Positions 44,480 through 54,214 of a stretch of DNA of 64,000 bases are shown one piece after another (position 1 is the stretch's first letter; each line of letters begins with the position of its first letter). Origin of the DNA: Phenylobacterium sp. SCN 70-31. Its GTDB lineage: Bacteria > Pseudomonadota > Alphaproteobacteria > Caulobacterales > Caulobacteraceae. Position numbers and translations under genes: made by a program. The notes below the pieces were generated by a model that worked only from the letters and a program-made list of their open reading frames with translations, ran no database searches and was not told where the DNA came from. The stretch is from the NCBI RefSeq assembly GCF_001724605.1, contig NZ_MEEX01000001.1, positions 132,295-196,294 on the forward strand, in the 5' to 3' direction.

Positions 44480-45919
44480 TCATTCTCCCTTCTCCTCGCG
44501 CAGCTCCGCCAGTCGGCGAAGCGTCTGCTCATGCATCCGCCGGGTGATGCCATAGCCGCGCAACGCATAGGCGGCGGCGGCGTAGAGAAGGAAGATCGCC
44601 GGCGCATAGGTCATGCCCAACCTCAGGAGCGCGTCGGCCGGCACCTCGCCCGGACGGGCCTGCTGCGGGAACTGCGCGAGCGCGAGAAGAAGCGCGGCCG
44701 CCGAGATTCCGATGCCTGAGACCGCCTTGTTCACAAAGGCCACGGCGGCGAAGAACAGACCTTCCGATCGCCGGCCGGTCTTCAACTCCCAGTCCTCGAC
44801 GACATCAGCCACCATGGACGAGCACAGGATCGTCGCCGTGATCGTGCAAGCGCCGGCGACGACGTCCTGGGTCAGCACCAGGGGAAACAACCAGGGACTG
44901 CCGTTGTCCGGCAGGACTCCGAGCAGGCGCAGCACGACGGCGCCGCTCGCCACCGCAGCGCCGACGACGAGAAGCGCGCGGGCCGCGACCGGCTTTTCGA
45001 CCCGCCGGGCCACCACCTGCGCCAGGGCGACCGCGATGAACGCCGATCCCACGCCCGCCACCGCGAAGAGCGCGATCTGGTCTGCGGTGAACTCCCAGAA
45101 GTAGAGGCTGAAATAGAGCGACGCTGCGCGGGACAGGCCGGCGGCGGCGGCGCAGAACAGGGTCGCGGCGAGCACCGAGGCGAACGTACGGTGCCGAAGC
45201 ACGGCGAGGATCTCGGGCCCGAGCCGCAACTGGGGCCCGGTCGCCGGAGGCGCCCGCGAGATCAGGACCCGGCGCTGCGTGCCGATCGCCGACGCCAGCA
45301 TCGTCGCCAGCATCACCAGGGCCGCGGCCACCCCATAGTCCGCATAGCCCGCTGGATTGAGCTGGCCCACGGGATGGCCGGCGTCGGGCCGGAGGAACAC
45401 CTTCATCGCCGCGATGTAGAGGGCCAGGCCGCCCAGCCAGCCCATGAGGTAGCGATAGGACAGAAGCCGAGTGCGGGCGTCGTAGCCGCTCACCAGTTCC
45501 GGGGCGAGCGCCGCCGAGGGAATCTCGTAGCCGGTGATGAACGTGCGCACCAGGAGCGCCATCAGCCCGAGATAGGCGACCAGCCCAACCTCGCCCAGGT
45601 GCTCGGGAGGACGCCAGAGGAGGCAGAACGTCACCGCGGCCGGGATCGCCGAGAGATACATGAACGGGTGGCGCCGGCCCCAGCGGGACCGAAGGTTGTC
45701 GGACAGGCGGCCGACCAGCGGGTCCAGACAGGCCTCGAAGATGAGCACGGCCATGATCACCAGCCCCACGGCCTGGGTCGGCGCGCCCATCACCTGCGCA
45801 TAGAAGATCAGGAGGAAGGCCGAGAACCCGCCGTCCTTGATGCCGAACGGAACCGCGCCCAGCGCGTAGGAAAAGAGCGTCGCCCGTGACGGAGAAGCGG
45901 GTTGCTGCGCGGTCTTCAC
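44480..45919 (-). CDS. MFS/GPH-family permease 2
   Basis: 479 aa, polytopic. Paralogue of 35443..36942. Confidence 0.8.
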   Translation of the reverse strand: MKTAQQPASPSRATLFSYALGAVPFGIKDGGFSAFLLIFYAQVMGAPTQAVGLVIMAVLIFEACLDPLVGRLSDNLRSRWGRRHPFMYLSAIPAAVTFCLLWRPPEHLGEVGLVAYLGLMALLVRTFITGYEIPSAALAPELVSGYDARTRLLSYRYLMGWLGGLALYIAAMKVFLRPDAGHPVGQLNPAGYADYGVAAALVMLATMLASAIGTQRRVLISRAPPATGPQLRLGPEILAVLRHRTFASVLAATLFCAAAAGLSRAASLYFSLYFWEFTADQIALFAVAGVGSAFIAVALAQVVARRVEKPVAARALLVVGAAVASGAVVLRLLGVLPDNGSPWLFPLVLTQDVVAGACTITATILCSSMVADVVEDWELKTGRRSEGLFFAAVAFVNKAVSGIGISAAALLLALAQFPQQARPGEVPADALLRLGMTYAPAIFLLYAAAAYALRGYGITRRMHEQTLRRLAELREEKGE

Positions 45920-45994
45920 GTGTCGGCTCCGTCGGATGATGCGCCGGTCCTAGCCGACGCGACCGCCGCCTCCCCGGGCCCGCGGACGGCTTTC

Positions 45995-46024
45995 CCGCGA
46001 TGCGGAACGCCTCGGACATCGCGG
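45995..46024. promoter_or_regulatory. Inverted repeat CCGCGATG-N14-CATCGCGG in the divergent MFS-2 / dehydratase promoter region
   Basis: 8-bp arms. Candidate operator, for example for the IclR protein. It was found by position only. Confidence 0.3.
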
Positions 46025-46100
46025 TGATCGTCCTGCCCGACGGTCCGGCGCTATGCAGTCGAGGGGCGCGGGTCCCAGAGGCAGCTTACAGGAGTCCGGA

Positions 46101-47921
46101 GTGCGGAAGGTGGTTTCAGGCAGGGCCTGGCGCTTCGGGGACAATATCGACACCGATCAGCTGGCGCCGCTGCGGACGTTCTCGGCCGACTGGGAAACGA
46201 CCCGCGCCGCGATGCTGCCTGCCCGGCCGGACTTCGCGCGCGAAGCGGCGGTTGGCGACATGGTGGTGGCCGGACGGAACTGGGGCTGTGGCTCCAGCCG
46301 CGAGCAGGCGCCGCTCAACCTGAAACGGCTCGGACTGTCCGCGGTCGTGGCGGAGTCGTTCGGGCGCATCTTCTACCGGAACGCCATCGCGGTCGCATTG
46401 CCTTGCGTCATCTGTCCGGGCGTGGCGGACGCGGTCGAGGACGGCGACGAGGTGGAGATCGACCTGGCCGCCGGCGTGGTGCGGAACCTGACGCGAGGTT
46501 CGACCCTCCACACCGCTCCGCCGACCCCGGAGGTGCTGCGGATCCTCGAAGCCGGCGGCATTCTCAACACCCTGGGCGATCCGCCTCCCCGGCGTCCCGC
46601 ACAGGCGGCTTCCGCGGCCCCGACCCGCGCACGCACGATGGCCGAGAAGGTGCTGCAACGCACGTCCGGCGGCGCGGACGCCAGACCGGGCGACTTCGTC
46701 ATGGCGCGCGCCGATCGCGTCGTGCTCGGAGAGTACTTCTACTACTGCGCCCAGCAACTGAAGCGGGCGGGCATTACGAAGCTTCCCGATCCCGACCGGG
46801 TCAGTGCGACCCTGACCGGCGCCTTCCCCGCGCCGAACGCCGAAACGGCCACCCTCCATGTCCGCATTCGCGAGATCGCGGCCGAACTCGGTGTCGATCG
46901 CTTCTATCCGCACGACGGCATCATCAACCAGGTGATCGTCGAGAAGGGCGACGCCCTGCCCGGGAGCCTGATGTTCGGCAGCGACTCGCACAGCACCACG
47001 TACGGCGCCGTCGGGGCGGCCGGTTCCGGTCTCGGGATGTCGGACCTCACCTACCTCCTGGCCCGGGGGGAAACCTGGCTTCAGGTTCCGGAAAGCGTCC
47101 GCTTCGAGCTGGGCGGCCGGCCGGGAGCCAGCGTCATGGCCAAGGATATCATCCTCCACCTCCTGCATAGGTTCGGCAGCGATCACGCCCAGTACCGGTC
47201 GGTCGAATTCGGCGGGGCCTGGGCCGACCAGATGACGGTTTCGAGCCGCATGACCCTCTGCAACATGGGGGTGGAGATGGGCGCGAAGTTCGCCATGTTC
47301 GCCGCCGACGCGCGCACGCTCGAGTATCTGCGCCCGCGGACGTCCGCCGACCTCGAGCTTTTCGGCCCCGACCCGGGCGCGACCTACGCGGCGCGGCACG
47401 AAATCGACGTCTCGGCGATCCCGCCGTACGTGGCGCGGCCGCACGATCCGGCCAACAGCGGCCCGGTCGGAGAGTGTGCGGGCGTCGCCATCCAGCAAGC
47501 CTTTCTCGGCTCCTGCACCAACGCCCGCCTGGAGGATTTCGCGATCGCGGCGACGCTGCTCCGCGGCCGCCGTGTCTCATCGGGGACACGGCTGGTGGTC
47601 ACGCCGGCGTCGCAGACGGTGATGCTCGAGGCGCTTCGTCGCGGCTACATCGAGACGCTGATCGAGGCGGGCGCCCACATCACGCCGGCGGGATGCGGCG
47701 CCTGCGCGGGCAGCGTCGGGGGCGTGGTGGGGCCGGGTGAGGTCTGCCTGTCGACCACGAACCGGAACTTCCGCGGGCGGATGGGCAGCCCCGACGCCCA
47801 CATCTACCTCGCCTCGCCCGCCACCGTGGCGGCGTCGGCCGTCACGGGCAGGATCACCGATCCACGGGAACTCTGGCCATCCGGCGCCCCAGGCGTCTCC
47901 GAGCTGGAGGCGGCGAACTGA
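46101..47921 (+). CDS. Fused aconitase-family dehydratase: LeuD-like swivel domain (N-terminal) + LeuC/HacA-like large domain (C-terminal)
   Basis: N-terminal part has GDNIDTDQL and GRNWGCGSSREQAP. A Pro/Ala linker follows at about 46575..46637. The large part then has GSDSHSTTYGA, FLGSCTNARLEDF and TTNRNFRGRMG. It is a single uninterrupted ORF. AGGAG lies before GTG 46101. Confidence 0.8.
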   Translation: MRKVVSGRAWRFGDNIDTDQLAPLRTFSADWETTRAAMLPARPDFAREAAVGDMVVAGRNWGCGSSREQAPLNLKRLGLSAVVAESFGRIFYRNAIAVALPCVICPGVADAVEDGDEVEIDLAAGVVRNLTRGSTLHTAPPTPEVLRILEAGGILNTLGDPPPRRPAQAASAAPTRARTMAEKVLQRTSGGADARPGDFVMARADRVVLGEYFYYCAQQLKRAGITKLPDPDRVSATLTGAFPAPNAETATLHVRIREIAAELGVDRFYPHDGIINQVIVEKGDALPGSLMFGSDSHSTTYGAVGAAGSGLGMSDLTYLLARGETWLQVPESVRFELGGRPGASVMAKDIILHLLHRFGSDHAQYRSVEFGGAWADQMTVSSRMTLCNMGVEMGAKFAMFAADARTLEYLRPRTSADLELFGPDPGATYAARHEIDVSAIPPYVARPHDPANSGPVGECAGVAIQQAFLGSCTNARLEDFAIAATLLRGRRVSSGTRLVVTPASQTVMLEALRRGYIETLIEAGAHITPAGCGACAGSVGGVVGPGEVCLSTTNRNFRGRMGSPDAHIYLASPATVAASAVTGRITDPRELWPSGAPGVSELEAAN

Positions 47922-48985
47922 TGCGCAAACGCATAGCGGTCATTCCCGGAGAAGACGGGGGGCGCGAGGCCATGGAAGCGGCCCTGGGCGTCCTCGAACA
48001 GATGGCGCTCGCCGCCGACTTCAGCTTCCCGCTCGCCGCCGTCCCGGCAGGCGCCGACGGCCAGGCCGGCCTGTCGCCCGAGGCGCGCGCGGGCATCGAC
48101 GCGGCGGACGCCACTTTCTTCGGCGCGACCGACGGTGGATCGTTCGCGGCGCTCGCATACCTGCGCTGGGGCAAGGACGCCTATGCGAACGTCCGGCCCA
48201 CCCGCTGGTGGCCGGGATGCGCCAGCCCCCTGCGGGCGCCGGAGGACATCGACCTGGTGATCGTGCGGGAAAACCTGGAGGACGCCTATGTGCGCCTCGA
48301 GGGCGACCTGCGGGATCTCGAACCGCTCGATCTGGCGAGCCGCCCCCTGCGCCGCAAGGCGCACGAGCTGGGACCAGGCCGCTACGCCATCAAGGCGATC
48401 ACCGAGGCCGGCTCGCGGCGTATCGCCCGGTTCGCATTCGAGGTCGCCCGGCGGCGAAAGGCGGCCGGCGGGCCAGGCCGGGTCACGGCGGGGGCCAAGT
48501 GGAACATGCTGCCGCAGAGCGACGGCCTCTTCGTGGAGGTCGCCCGGGCCGTGGGGGCCGACTATCCCGACATCGCATTCGACACGCTGCTGGTGGACGA
48601 CCTCGCCCAGAAGCTCGTGATGGCGCCGGGCCGGTTCGACGTGATCCTGCTGCCCAACCTGTACGGCGACATCCTGTCGGACGCCGCCGCGGCGCTGACC
48701 GGCGGCCTGGGCGTGGCGCCGAGCGGCTGCTACGGGCCGGACTACGCCTACTTCGAACCGGTTCATGGAACCGCGCCCGACATCGCCGGGCGTGGTCGCG
48801 TCAACCCCACGGCGACGCTCCTGGCCGGCGCGATGATGCTGGAACACATCGGACTGGAGCCCGGCGCCCAGCGCCTGCGCGCAGCGCTCGGCCGCGTCTA
48901 TGCGGCGGGTCGCTGGCTGACGCCGGACCAGGGCGGCTCGGCGACGACCGGCGACTTCTGCCGCGCGCTCATCGGCGAACTGTGA
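47921..48985 (+). CDS. Isocitrate/isopropylmalate-dehydrogenase-family beta-decarboxylating dehydrogenase
   Basis: NLYGDILSDAAAALTGGLG signature. The N-terminal IAVIPGEDGGRE deviates from the LeuB GDGIGPE. The start overlaps the upstream stop (TGATG). Confidence 0.8.
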   Translation: MRKRIAVIPGEDGGREAMEAALGVLEQMALAADFSFPLAAVPAGADGQAGLSPEARAGIDAADATFFGATDGGSFAALAYLRWGKDAYANVRPTRWWPGCASPLRAPEDIDLVIVRENLEDAYVRLEGDLRDLEPLDLASRPLRRKAHELGPGRYAIKAITEAGSRRIARFAFEVARRRKAAGGPGRVTAGAKWNMLPQSDGLFVEVARAVGADYPDIAFDTLLVDDLAQKLVMAPGRFDVILLPNLYGDILSDAAAALTGGLGVAPSGCYGPDYAYFEPVHGTAPDIAGRGRVNPTATLLAGAMMLEHIGLEPGAQRLRAALGRVYAAGRWLTPDQGGSATTGDFCRALIGEL

Positions 48986-48992
48986 GGCCCGC

Positions 48993-50390
48993 ATGCGCCC
49001 AGCGACCCTCTTCGAGAAGCTCTGGAACGCCCATCGCATCGCCGACGTCGGCGACGGGGCCGACCTGATCCGCATCGACCGCCACTTCCTGCACGACCTC
49101 AGCGGCCCCCTGTCGCTGAAGATGCTTGGCGACCGAGGGCTGCGGGTGCGCGCCCCGCAACTGACCTTCGCGATGGCCGACCACGGAGTTCCCACGGCTC
49201 CGGGCGCATGGCTCGAAGGCAACGAGCGGGCGCTCCAGGCTCTGCGGGCCGCATGCGCCCGTCACGGCGTGCGCCTCTTCGACCTGGGGTCCGCAGAACA
49301 GGGCATCGTGCACGTCACAGGGCCGGAACTCGGCCTGACATTGCCGGGTCTCTCGATCGTCTGCGGCGACAGCCACACCTCCACCCACGGAGCCTTCGGC
49401 GCCCTGGCGTGGGGCGTCGGCAACACCGAAGTGCTGCACGTTCTGGCCACCCAGGCGCTGGTCGTGCCGCGGCCCGCGACCATGCGCATCCGTTGCGAGG
49501 GGCGGCTGGCGCCCGGCGTGGCCGCGAAGGACCTGATCCTCACGCTCATCGGCCGCCTCGGGACGGCCGGCGCGTCGGGCCACGCGGTCGAGTTCGCCGG
49601 GACCGCGATCGACGCCATGTCGATGGAGGACCGCATGTCGCTATGCAACCTCGCGACCGAGCTGGGCGCCACCTTCGCCCTGATCGCGCCGGACGCGGTG
49701 ACGGAGGCCTACGTGCGCGACCGCGCCTATGCGCCGCGGGGCGCGGAATGGACCGACGCGGTGGCGGCGTGGCGCCGGCTGCCGACCGACCCGGAAGCGA
49801 CGTTCGACAGCGAAGTGGTGGCCGACGCCGCCGCCGTCGCGCCGCAGGTGACCTGGGGCGTCACCCCACAGGACGTCGCTGGAATCGACGGACGAGTCCC
49901 CGATCCCGCCGCGGCGCCGGACCCGGCGACCCGACGGCGCTGGGAGGCGGCCCTCGACTACATGGGTCTTCAACCTGGGGCGCCGATCTCGGGTGTGGCC
50001 ATCCAGAACGTCTTCATCGGGTCCTGCGCAAACGGACGGCTCGGCGACCTCCAGGCCGCCGCCCATGTCGTGCGCGGCCGTCGCGTGCCGGCGCATGTGC
50101 GCGCCTGGATCGTCCCCGGGTCTCAGGCCGTGAGCCAGGCGGCCCGCGCCGAGGGCCTGGATCGCGTGTTCCTCGATGCCGGATTCGCCTGGCGGGAGCC
50201 CGGATGCTCGATGTGCCTGGGCATGAACGGCGACGTCGTCGCACCCGGCGAACGCTGCGTGTCCACTTCGAACCGAAACTTCGTCGGCCGCCAGGGCCCA
50301 GGGGCCAGGACGCATCTCGCCAGTCCGCAGATGGCCGCGGCCGCGGCGGTGGCGGGCGCCCTGGTCGACGTCAGGGAGATACTGCGATGA
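48993..50390 (+). CDS. Aconitase-family dehydratase large subunit (bacterial LeuC-type paralogue)
   Basis: TLFEKLWNAH, IDRHFLHDLSGP (LeuB-pathway LeuC has HEVTSP), CGDSHTSTHGAFGA, GSCANGR, and STSNRNFVGRQG. Confidence 0.8.
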   Translation: MRPATLFEKLWNAHRIADVGDGADLIRIDRHFLHDLSGPLSLKMLGDRGLRVRAPQLTFAMADHGVPTAPGAWLEGNERALQALRAACARHGVRLFDLGSAEQGIVHVTGPELGLTLPGLSIVCGDSHTSTHGAFGALAWGVGNTEVLHVLATQALVVPRPATMRIRCEGRLAPGVAAKDLILTLIGRLGTAGASGHAVEFAGTAIDAMSMEDRMSLCNLATELGATFALIAPDAVTEAYVRDRAYAPRGAEWTDAVAAWRRLPTDPEATFDSEVVADAAAVAPQVTWGVTPQDVAGIDGRVPDPAAAPDPATRRRWEAALDYMGLQPGAPISGVAIQNVFIGSCANGRLGDLQAAAHVVRGRRVPAHVRAWIVPGSQAVSQAARAEGLDRVFLDAGFAWREPGCSMCLGMNGDVVAPGERCVSTSNRNFVGRQGPGARTHLASPQMAAAAAVAGALVDVREILR

Positions 50391-51031
50391 CGGCGTTCAC
50401 ACGACTGACCTCCAAGGCCGTTCCGCTGCTGCTGGACGACGTGGACACCGACATCATCACGCCCATCGGACGCGTGCTGCAGGGACGCGAGGCGATGGTG
50501 AAGTACGCCTTCGAACCTCTCCGCTTCGACGAGACGGGCGCGCCGCGCGCCGACTGCCCGCTCAACGACCCTGTGTTCCAGGGGGCGGAGATCCTGCTGG
50601 CCGGCGCCAACTTCGGATGCGGGAGTTCCCGCGAGACGGCGGCGTGGGCGGTGAAGGCTCTCGGGTTCCGGGCCGTCGTCGCCACGGGCTTCGGCGCCAT
50701 CTTCGAGTCCAACTGTTTCCGGAACGGCATCCTGCCGGTCAGCCTTCCGTCCGACGCCGTTCGCGCCCTGGCCGAGACCGCGCGGGACGGCGGCGATCTG
50801 AGCCTGGATCTCGACGCCCGCAGCGTGGACGACGGCCGTACGCGCCTCACCTTTCCGATCTCCGATTTCCGGCGCGAAGGTCTCCTCAGGGGGGTGGACG
50901 AACTCGACCTGATCCTAGGCCGCCTGGGGGACATCGCCGCGTTCGAGGCCGCGGATCGCGCTCTCCGGCCCTGGGTGTCTCCCGTCCGCCCCTCGGCCGC
51001 CGTCGCGCCGAACCTCTCCGACGGGCGTTAA
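50387..51031 (+). CDS. Aconitase-family dehydratase small subunit (LeuD-type)
   Basis: DDVDTDIITP and GANFGCGSSRETA. ATG 50387 overlaps the upstream stop (ATGA). Confidence 0.8.
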   Translation: MTAFTRLTSKAVPLLLDDVDTDIITPIGRVLQGREAMVKYAFEPLRFDETGAPRADCPLNDPVFQGAEILLAGANFGCGSSRETAAWAVKALGFRAVVATGFGAIFESNCFRNGILPVSLPSDAVRALAETARDGGDLSLDLDARSVDDGRTRLTFPISDFRREGLLRGVDELDLILGRLGDIAAFEAADRALRPWVSPVRPSAAVAPNLSDGR

Positions 51032-52116
51032 GGGCGGAACGCCCCGGGTCCGAGATCGCCCGACACGCGCGCGTAGAACGGGTCGCCGGGCGCGATCGAT
51101 CCGCGCCGGACGACATTCCCCGTGGCCGCAGACTTGTACAGGCTCGAAACCAGATCGAGGACCGGCCGGACTTCGTCGAGAGAGACCTCGACGTCGCCTT
51201 CGCCAAGCGCCGCCGACGCGAACCGGCCGAACTGACGTGTCATGCGGCTGGGTCCGGCTCCGGCTTCCCGTTCCCATGCGCTCAGAAGGGGCTCGTACCC
51301 TGGCCTCGCCGTCAGCCGCCAATCGCCGGGGGCCTCGCTGTAGAGCGCGTTGAACTCGACGGTGGCGTACTGGAAATCGATACGGAGCCGCGACTCCTCC
51401 CGCGGGGAAAGTACGCTGTTGACCACTGTGGCCAAGGCGCCGCTCGCGAACCGCACGGCCGCCACCGACACGTCCTCCACGTCGATCTCGCGATCCAGGG
51501 TCGACGCCAGGGCGGCCACGTCGACCCAGTCCCCGAGCAGCCACAGCGCAAGATCCATGAGGTGGATGCCGACGCCCACCGTGGGACCGCCCAACTCGCT
51601 CTCCCAGCGCCCGCGCCAGGGTGCGGCGTAGTAGGCCTCGTCGCGGAACCAGGCGGTTTCGACGCTGACCGCCAAGGGTCGTCCGAACGCCTGGCGATCG
51701 ATCAGATCTCGAAGCCGTTGCGTCCGCGGGCTGAAACGCCATTGCGCGACCCCGGCGCATCGCGCGCCCGACCGGCGTTCGGCGGCCGCGATCCGGTCCA
51801 GTTCGGCCAGGCCGCCGCAGAGCGGCTTCTCGCACATGACCCAGGCTCCGGCGTCCAGGCAGGCTATGGCCTGATCGGCGTGAACCCCGGGCGGGGAGCA
51901 GATATGAGCCAGGTCCGGTCGCATGGCCGTCAACAACGTGTCGAGATCCGCATAGGCCGCCGGCGCCCCGTGGCGGCGGGCGAAGGCTTCCCGCGCCACC
52001 GGATCGGGCTCGACCACGGCGGCGAGCCGGACATGGGGCGAGGCCGCCAACGCCCGAGCATGCGCCTGAGCGACCTGGCCGGCGCCCACGATCACGGTGT
52101 CCAGCACCGCGGTCAC
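51028..52116 (-). CDS. Gfo/Idh/MocA-family NAD(P)-dependent oxidoreductase
   Basis: N-terminal Rossmann VIVGAGQVAQAHARAL and MCEKPL. Last gene of a five-gene coupled operon. Confidence 0.85.
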   Translation of the reverse strand: MTAVLDTVIVGAGQVAQAHARALAASPHVRLAAVVEPDPVAREAFARRHGAPAAYADLDTLLTAMRPDLAHICSPPGVHADQAIACLDAGAWVMCEKPLCGGLAELDRIAAAERRSGARCAGVAQWRFSPRTQRLRDLIDRQAFGRPLAVSVETAWFRDEAYYAAPWRGRWESELGGPTVGVGIHLMDLALWLLGDWVDVAALASTLDREIDVEDVSVAAVRFASGALATVVNSVLSPREESRLRIDFQYATVEFNALYSEAPGDWRLTARPGYEPLLSAWEREAGAGPSRMTRQFGRFASAALGEGDVEVSLDEVRPVLDLVSSLYKSAATGNVVRRGSIAPGDPFYARVSGDLGPGAFRP

Positions 52117-53045
52117 GCCCCCGTCCCCATTCCAACGCCGCCGCCGTCTGGCGCAGCGGCGGCCAGGAGCGACGCGATCGCAGGCGCGGTCAGCCGGCCG
52201 TCAGCGATGTGGACCTCGCACGTCAGGCGCAGGGTCTCTCCCGAGGCGAGCTGTTGCGGCGCCGCGTAGAACGGCGCGGGCCCCATGATCGCGTAGGGCT
52301 CGTTCCGGACGAACCAGGGCGGCGGCGGGGCGTCATCCGGAACGCGCATCACTAACGTGGTGGCGCGCCCGCTGCCGTCATGCCGACCGACAAAGGCCAG
52401 CCAGGGCAGCCGGGCGCCCATGGCGTCCGGCACGCGTTCCGGGGCGACGACCTGCCCGCCTGTGAAACTCCTGGGACCCCGCCAGACCCAGCCGCCATAC
52501 CCCGCGGCCGGGCGGCCTTCCACGGTAGGGCTCGAGAGACGCAGCGGCCCGGACGTGCGGTTGACGATGCGGCTGTCCAGCCCGAGCCGCCAGACGCCCT
52601 GCGCCGCCCCTGCGGCGTCGAACGTCAGGGTCCGGGCTTCCGCGGCGACCTCGGCTCCGGACGGCGCCAGCCAGGACAGGGTCTGCCCGAGGTCCAGTCG
52701 GGCGCCCTGCGCCACGATGTGGTCGAAGGCCTCATGGCGCATCCAGCCGTTGTTGCGACGATCGACGTAGCCTTCGCCGGCGACGTAGGTCGGCCCACCC
52801 CAGAAGTTCCAGTCGCCCACATAGGGCAAGGCGAGCTGGAAACCGTTGTGCCAGGGATGATCGTGGGGTCGCACCACCGTCACGTCCTCGCCGGTCAGGG
52901 ACCTGACGGGCGCGAGATAGGGCTTTGGCGCATACGCAGGGCGGGCGTCCGGCCGGAAGACGTAGCGGGCCAGGGTCAGACCGTCGCGCAGGATGTCGAC
53001 GCCCGCGTCGTCGAATCTCGGCGTCACGGGCGTGGCCTCCGTCAT
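52113..53045 (-). CDS. PmoA-family / DUF6807-like protein
   Basis: HDHPWHNGFQLALP...WNFWGG motif, and its context next to Gfo/Idh/MocA genes. The family was recognised from memory only. Confidence 0.5.
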   Translation of the reverse strand: MTEATPVTPRFDDAGVDILRDGLTLARYVFRPDARPAYAPKPYLAPVRSLTGEDVTVVRPHDHPWHNGFQLALPYVGDWNFWGGPTYVAGEGYVDRRNNGWMRHEAFDHIVAQGARLDLGQTLSWLAPSGAEVAAEARTLTFDAAGAAQGVWRLGLDSRIVNRTSGPLRLSSPTVEGRPAAGYGGWVWRGPRSFTGGQVVAPERVPDAMGARLPWLAFVGRHDGSGRATTLVMRVPDDAPPPPWFVRNEPYAIMGPAPFYAAPQQLASGETLRLTCEVHIADGRLTAPAIASLLAAAAPDGGGVGMGTGA

Positions 53046-54214
53046 GGCTGTGCGATTCCGGCCGTCTCCAGGAACGCCCTCAGGCGCCGCGCCGCCGGCT
53101 CGGGATCGGACAGCAGCCCGGCCGAATCGGCCAGGACGACCAGGCGGCACAGGTGAGGAATCGAACGCCGCGCCTCCAGCCCGTCGATCATGCGGAAGTG
53201 CGGCTGACGCCCCGCGAGAAAGGCGATGAAGGTCAGATCGGTCTTGTAGAAGTAGGTGGGCGCCGCGAAGGCGTGACGCGCGAAGGGGACACACGACTCC
53301 AGCCGCGCCCGGAAGCCATCAGGGTCACCCGCGTCCAGCCGGGCGAAGGCGTCCGCCGCCGCCGGGGCGATGGCGTCGAACACGCCCAGCAGCGCATCGC
53401 TGTGGCCTTCGGCGTCGCCCGCGATGAGTTCGGGGAAGTTGAAGTCGTCGCCGGTGAACATCCGCACCCCTTCGGGCAGACGGCGACGCATCCGGATCTC
53501 GCGGCCGGCGTCCAGAAGCGAGAGCTTGATGCCCGCCACCCGTCCGGCGTGAGCGCCCAATACGTCCAGGCAGGCCTCGGTGGCGCGATCGAGGTCCGCA
53601 TCCCCCCAGTAGCCGGCCAGGGCGGGATCGAATGCCGGGCCCAGCCAGTGCAGGATCACGCCGTCGTCCAGTTCGGCGAGAACCCGGCCGTAGACCGTGG
53701 CGTAGTCGTCGGGGCTCCGCGCCAGACGCGCAAGCTCCCGGCTGGCCATCAGCACGACCCCCGCGCCCGCGCTCTGGATGGCCCGCGCCTGGAGGAGATA
53801 GGCCGAGACCACCTCGTCCAGCGCGCCCAGGCTGCCGGGCGGGCAATGGTCGGTCTGCGCGCCCGCCACGATCCGTCCGCCGAGGGCGCGGGCATCACGG
53901 GCGCTGCGCTGGATCAGCTCCAGGGCCGTGGGCCAGTCGAGGCCGGAGCCCCGCTGGGCCGTGTCCATGGCTTCGGCCACGCCGAAGCCCAGGCCCCAGA
54001 GGTCGCGGCGGAGCGCGAGGGTGGCGTCCCAGTCGAGCCGCGCTCGCCCATCGCTCGACGGCGTGTCGAGCGGGTCGGCCACCACGTGGGCGGCGGCGAA
54101 CGCCTGACGGCTCGCCGGTGGCCTGGCCGTTCTCGGCGTCGACACCGGTTCGGAAAGCGTGAAGAGGGTGAGATCGCCGCTTTCGGATACGAGGCGGACG
54201 GTGCGGTTGTTCAT
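53042..54214 (-). CDS. DUF993-like (DapA-like TIM-barrel) protein
   Basis: 390 aa. Called on size, composition and its typical neighbourhood (xylose-isomerase-like TIM barrel plus Gfo/Idh/MocA). The family was recognised from memory only. Confidence 0.45.
   Translation of the reverse strand: MNNRTVRLVSESGDLTLFTLSEPVSTPRTARPPASRQAFAAAHVVADPLDTPSSDGRARLDWDATLALRRDLWGLGFGVAEAMDTAQRGSGLDWPTALELIQRSARDARALGGRIVAGAQTDHCPPGSLGALDEVVSAYLLQARAIQSAGAGVVLMASRELARLARSPDDYATVYGRVLAELDDGVILHWLGPAFDPALAGYWGDADLDRATEACLDVLGAHAGRVAGIKLSLLDAGREIRMRRRLPEGVRMFTGDDFNFPELIAGDAEGHSDALLGVFDAIAPAAADAFARLDAGDPDGFRARLESCVPFARHAFAAPTYFYKTDLTFIAFLAGRQPHFRMIDGLEARRSIPHLCRLVVLADSAGLLSDPEPAARRLRAFLETAGIAQP

Noticed and set aside
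46101-51031. Annotating the cluster as biosynthetic leuD/leuC/leuB
   Set aside because: Signature blocks deviate from LeuB and LeuC. There are two non-identical isomerase sets, no leuA, and the context is IclR plus MFS plus TonB receptor. I therefore call them family paralogues only. This remains testable by checking for true leu genes elsewhere.
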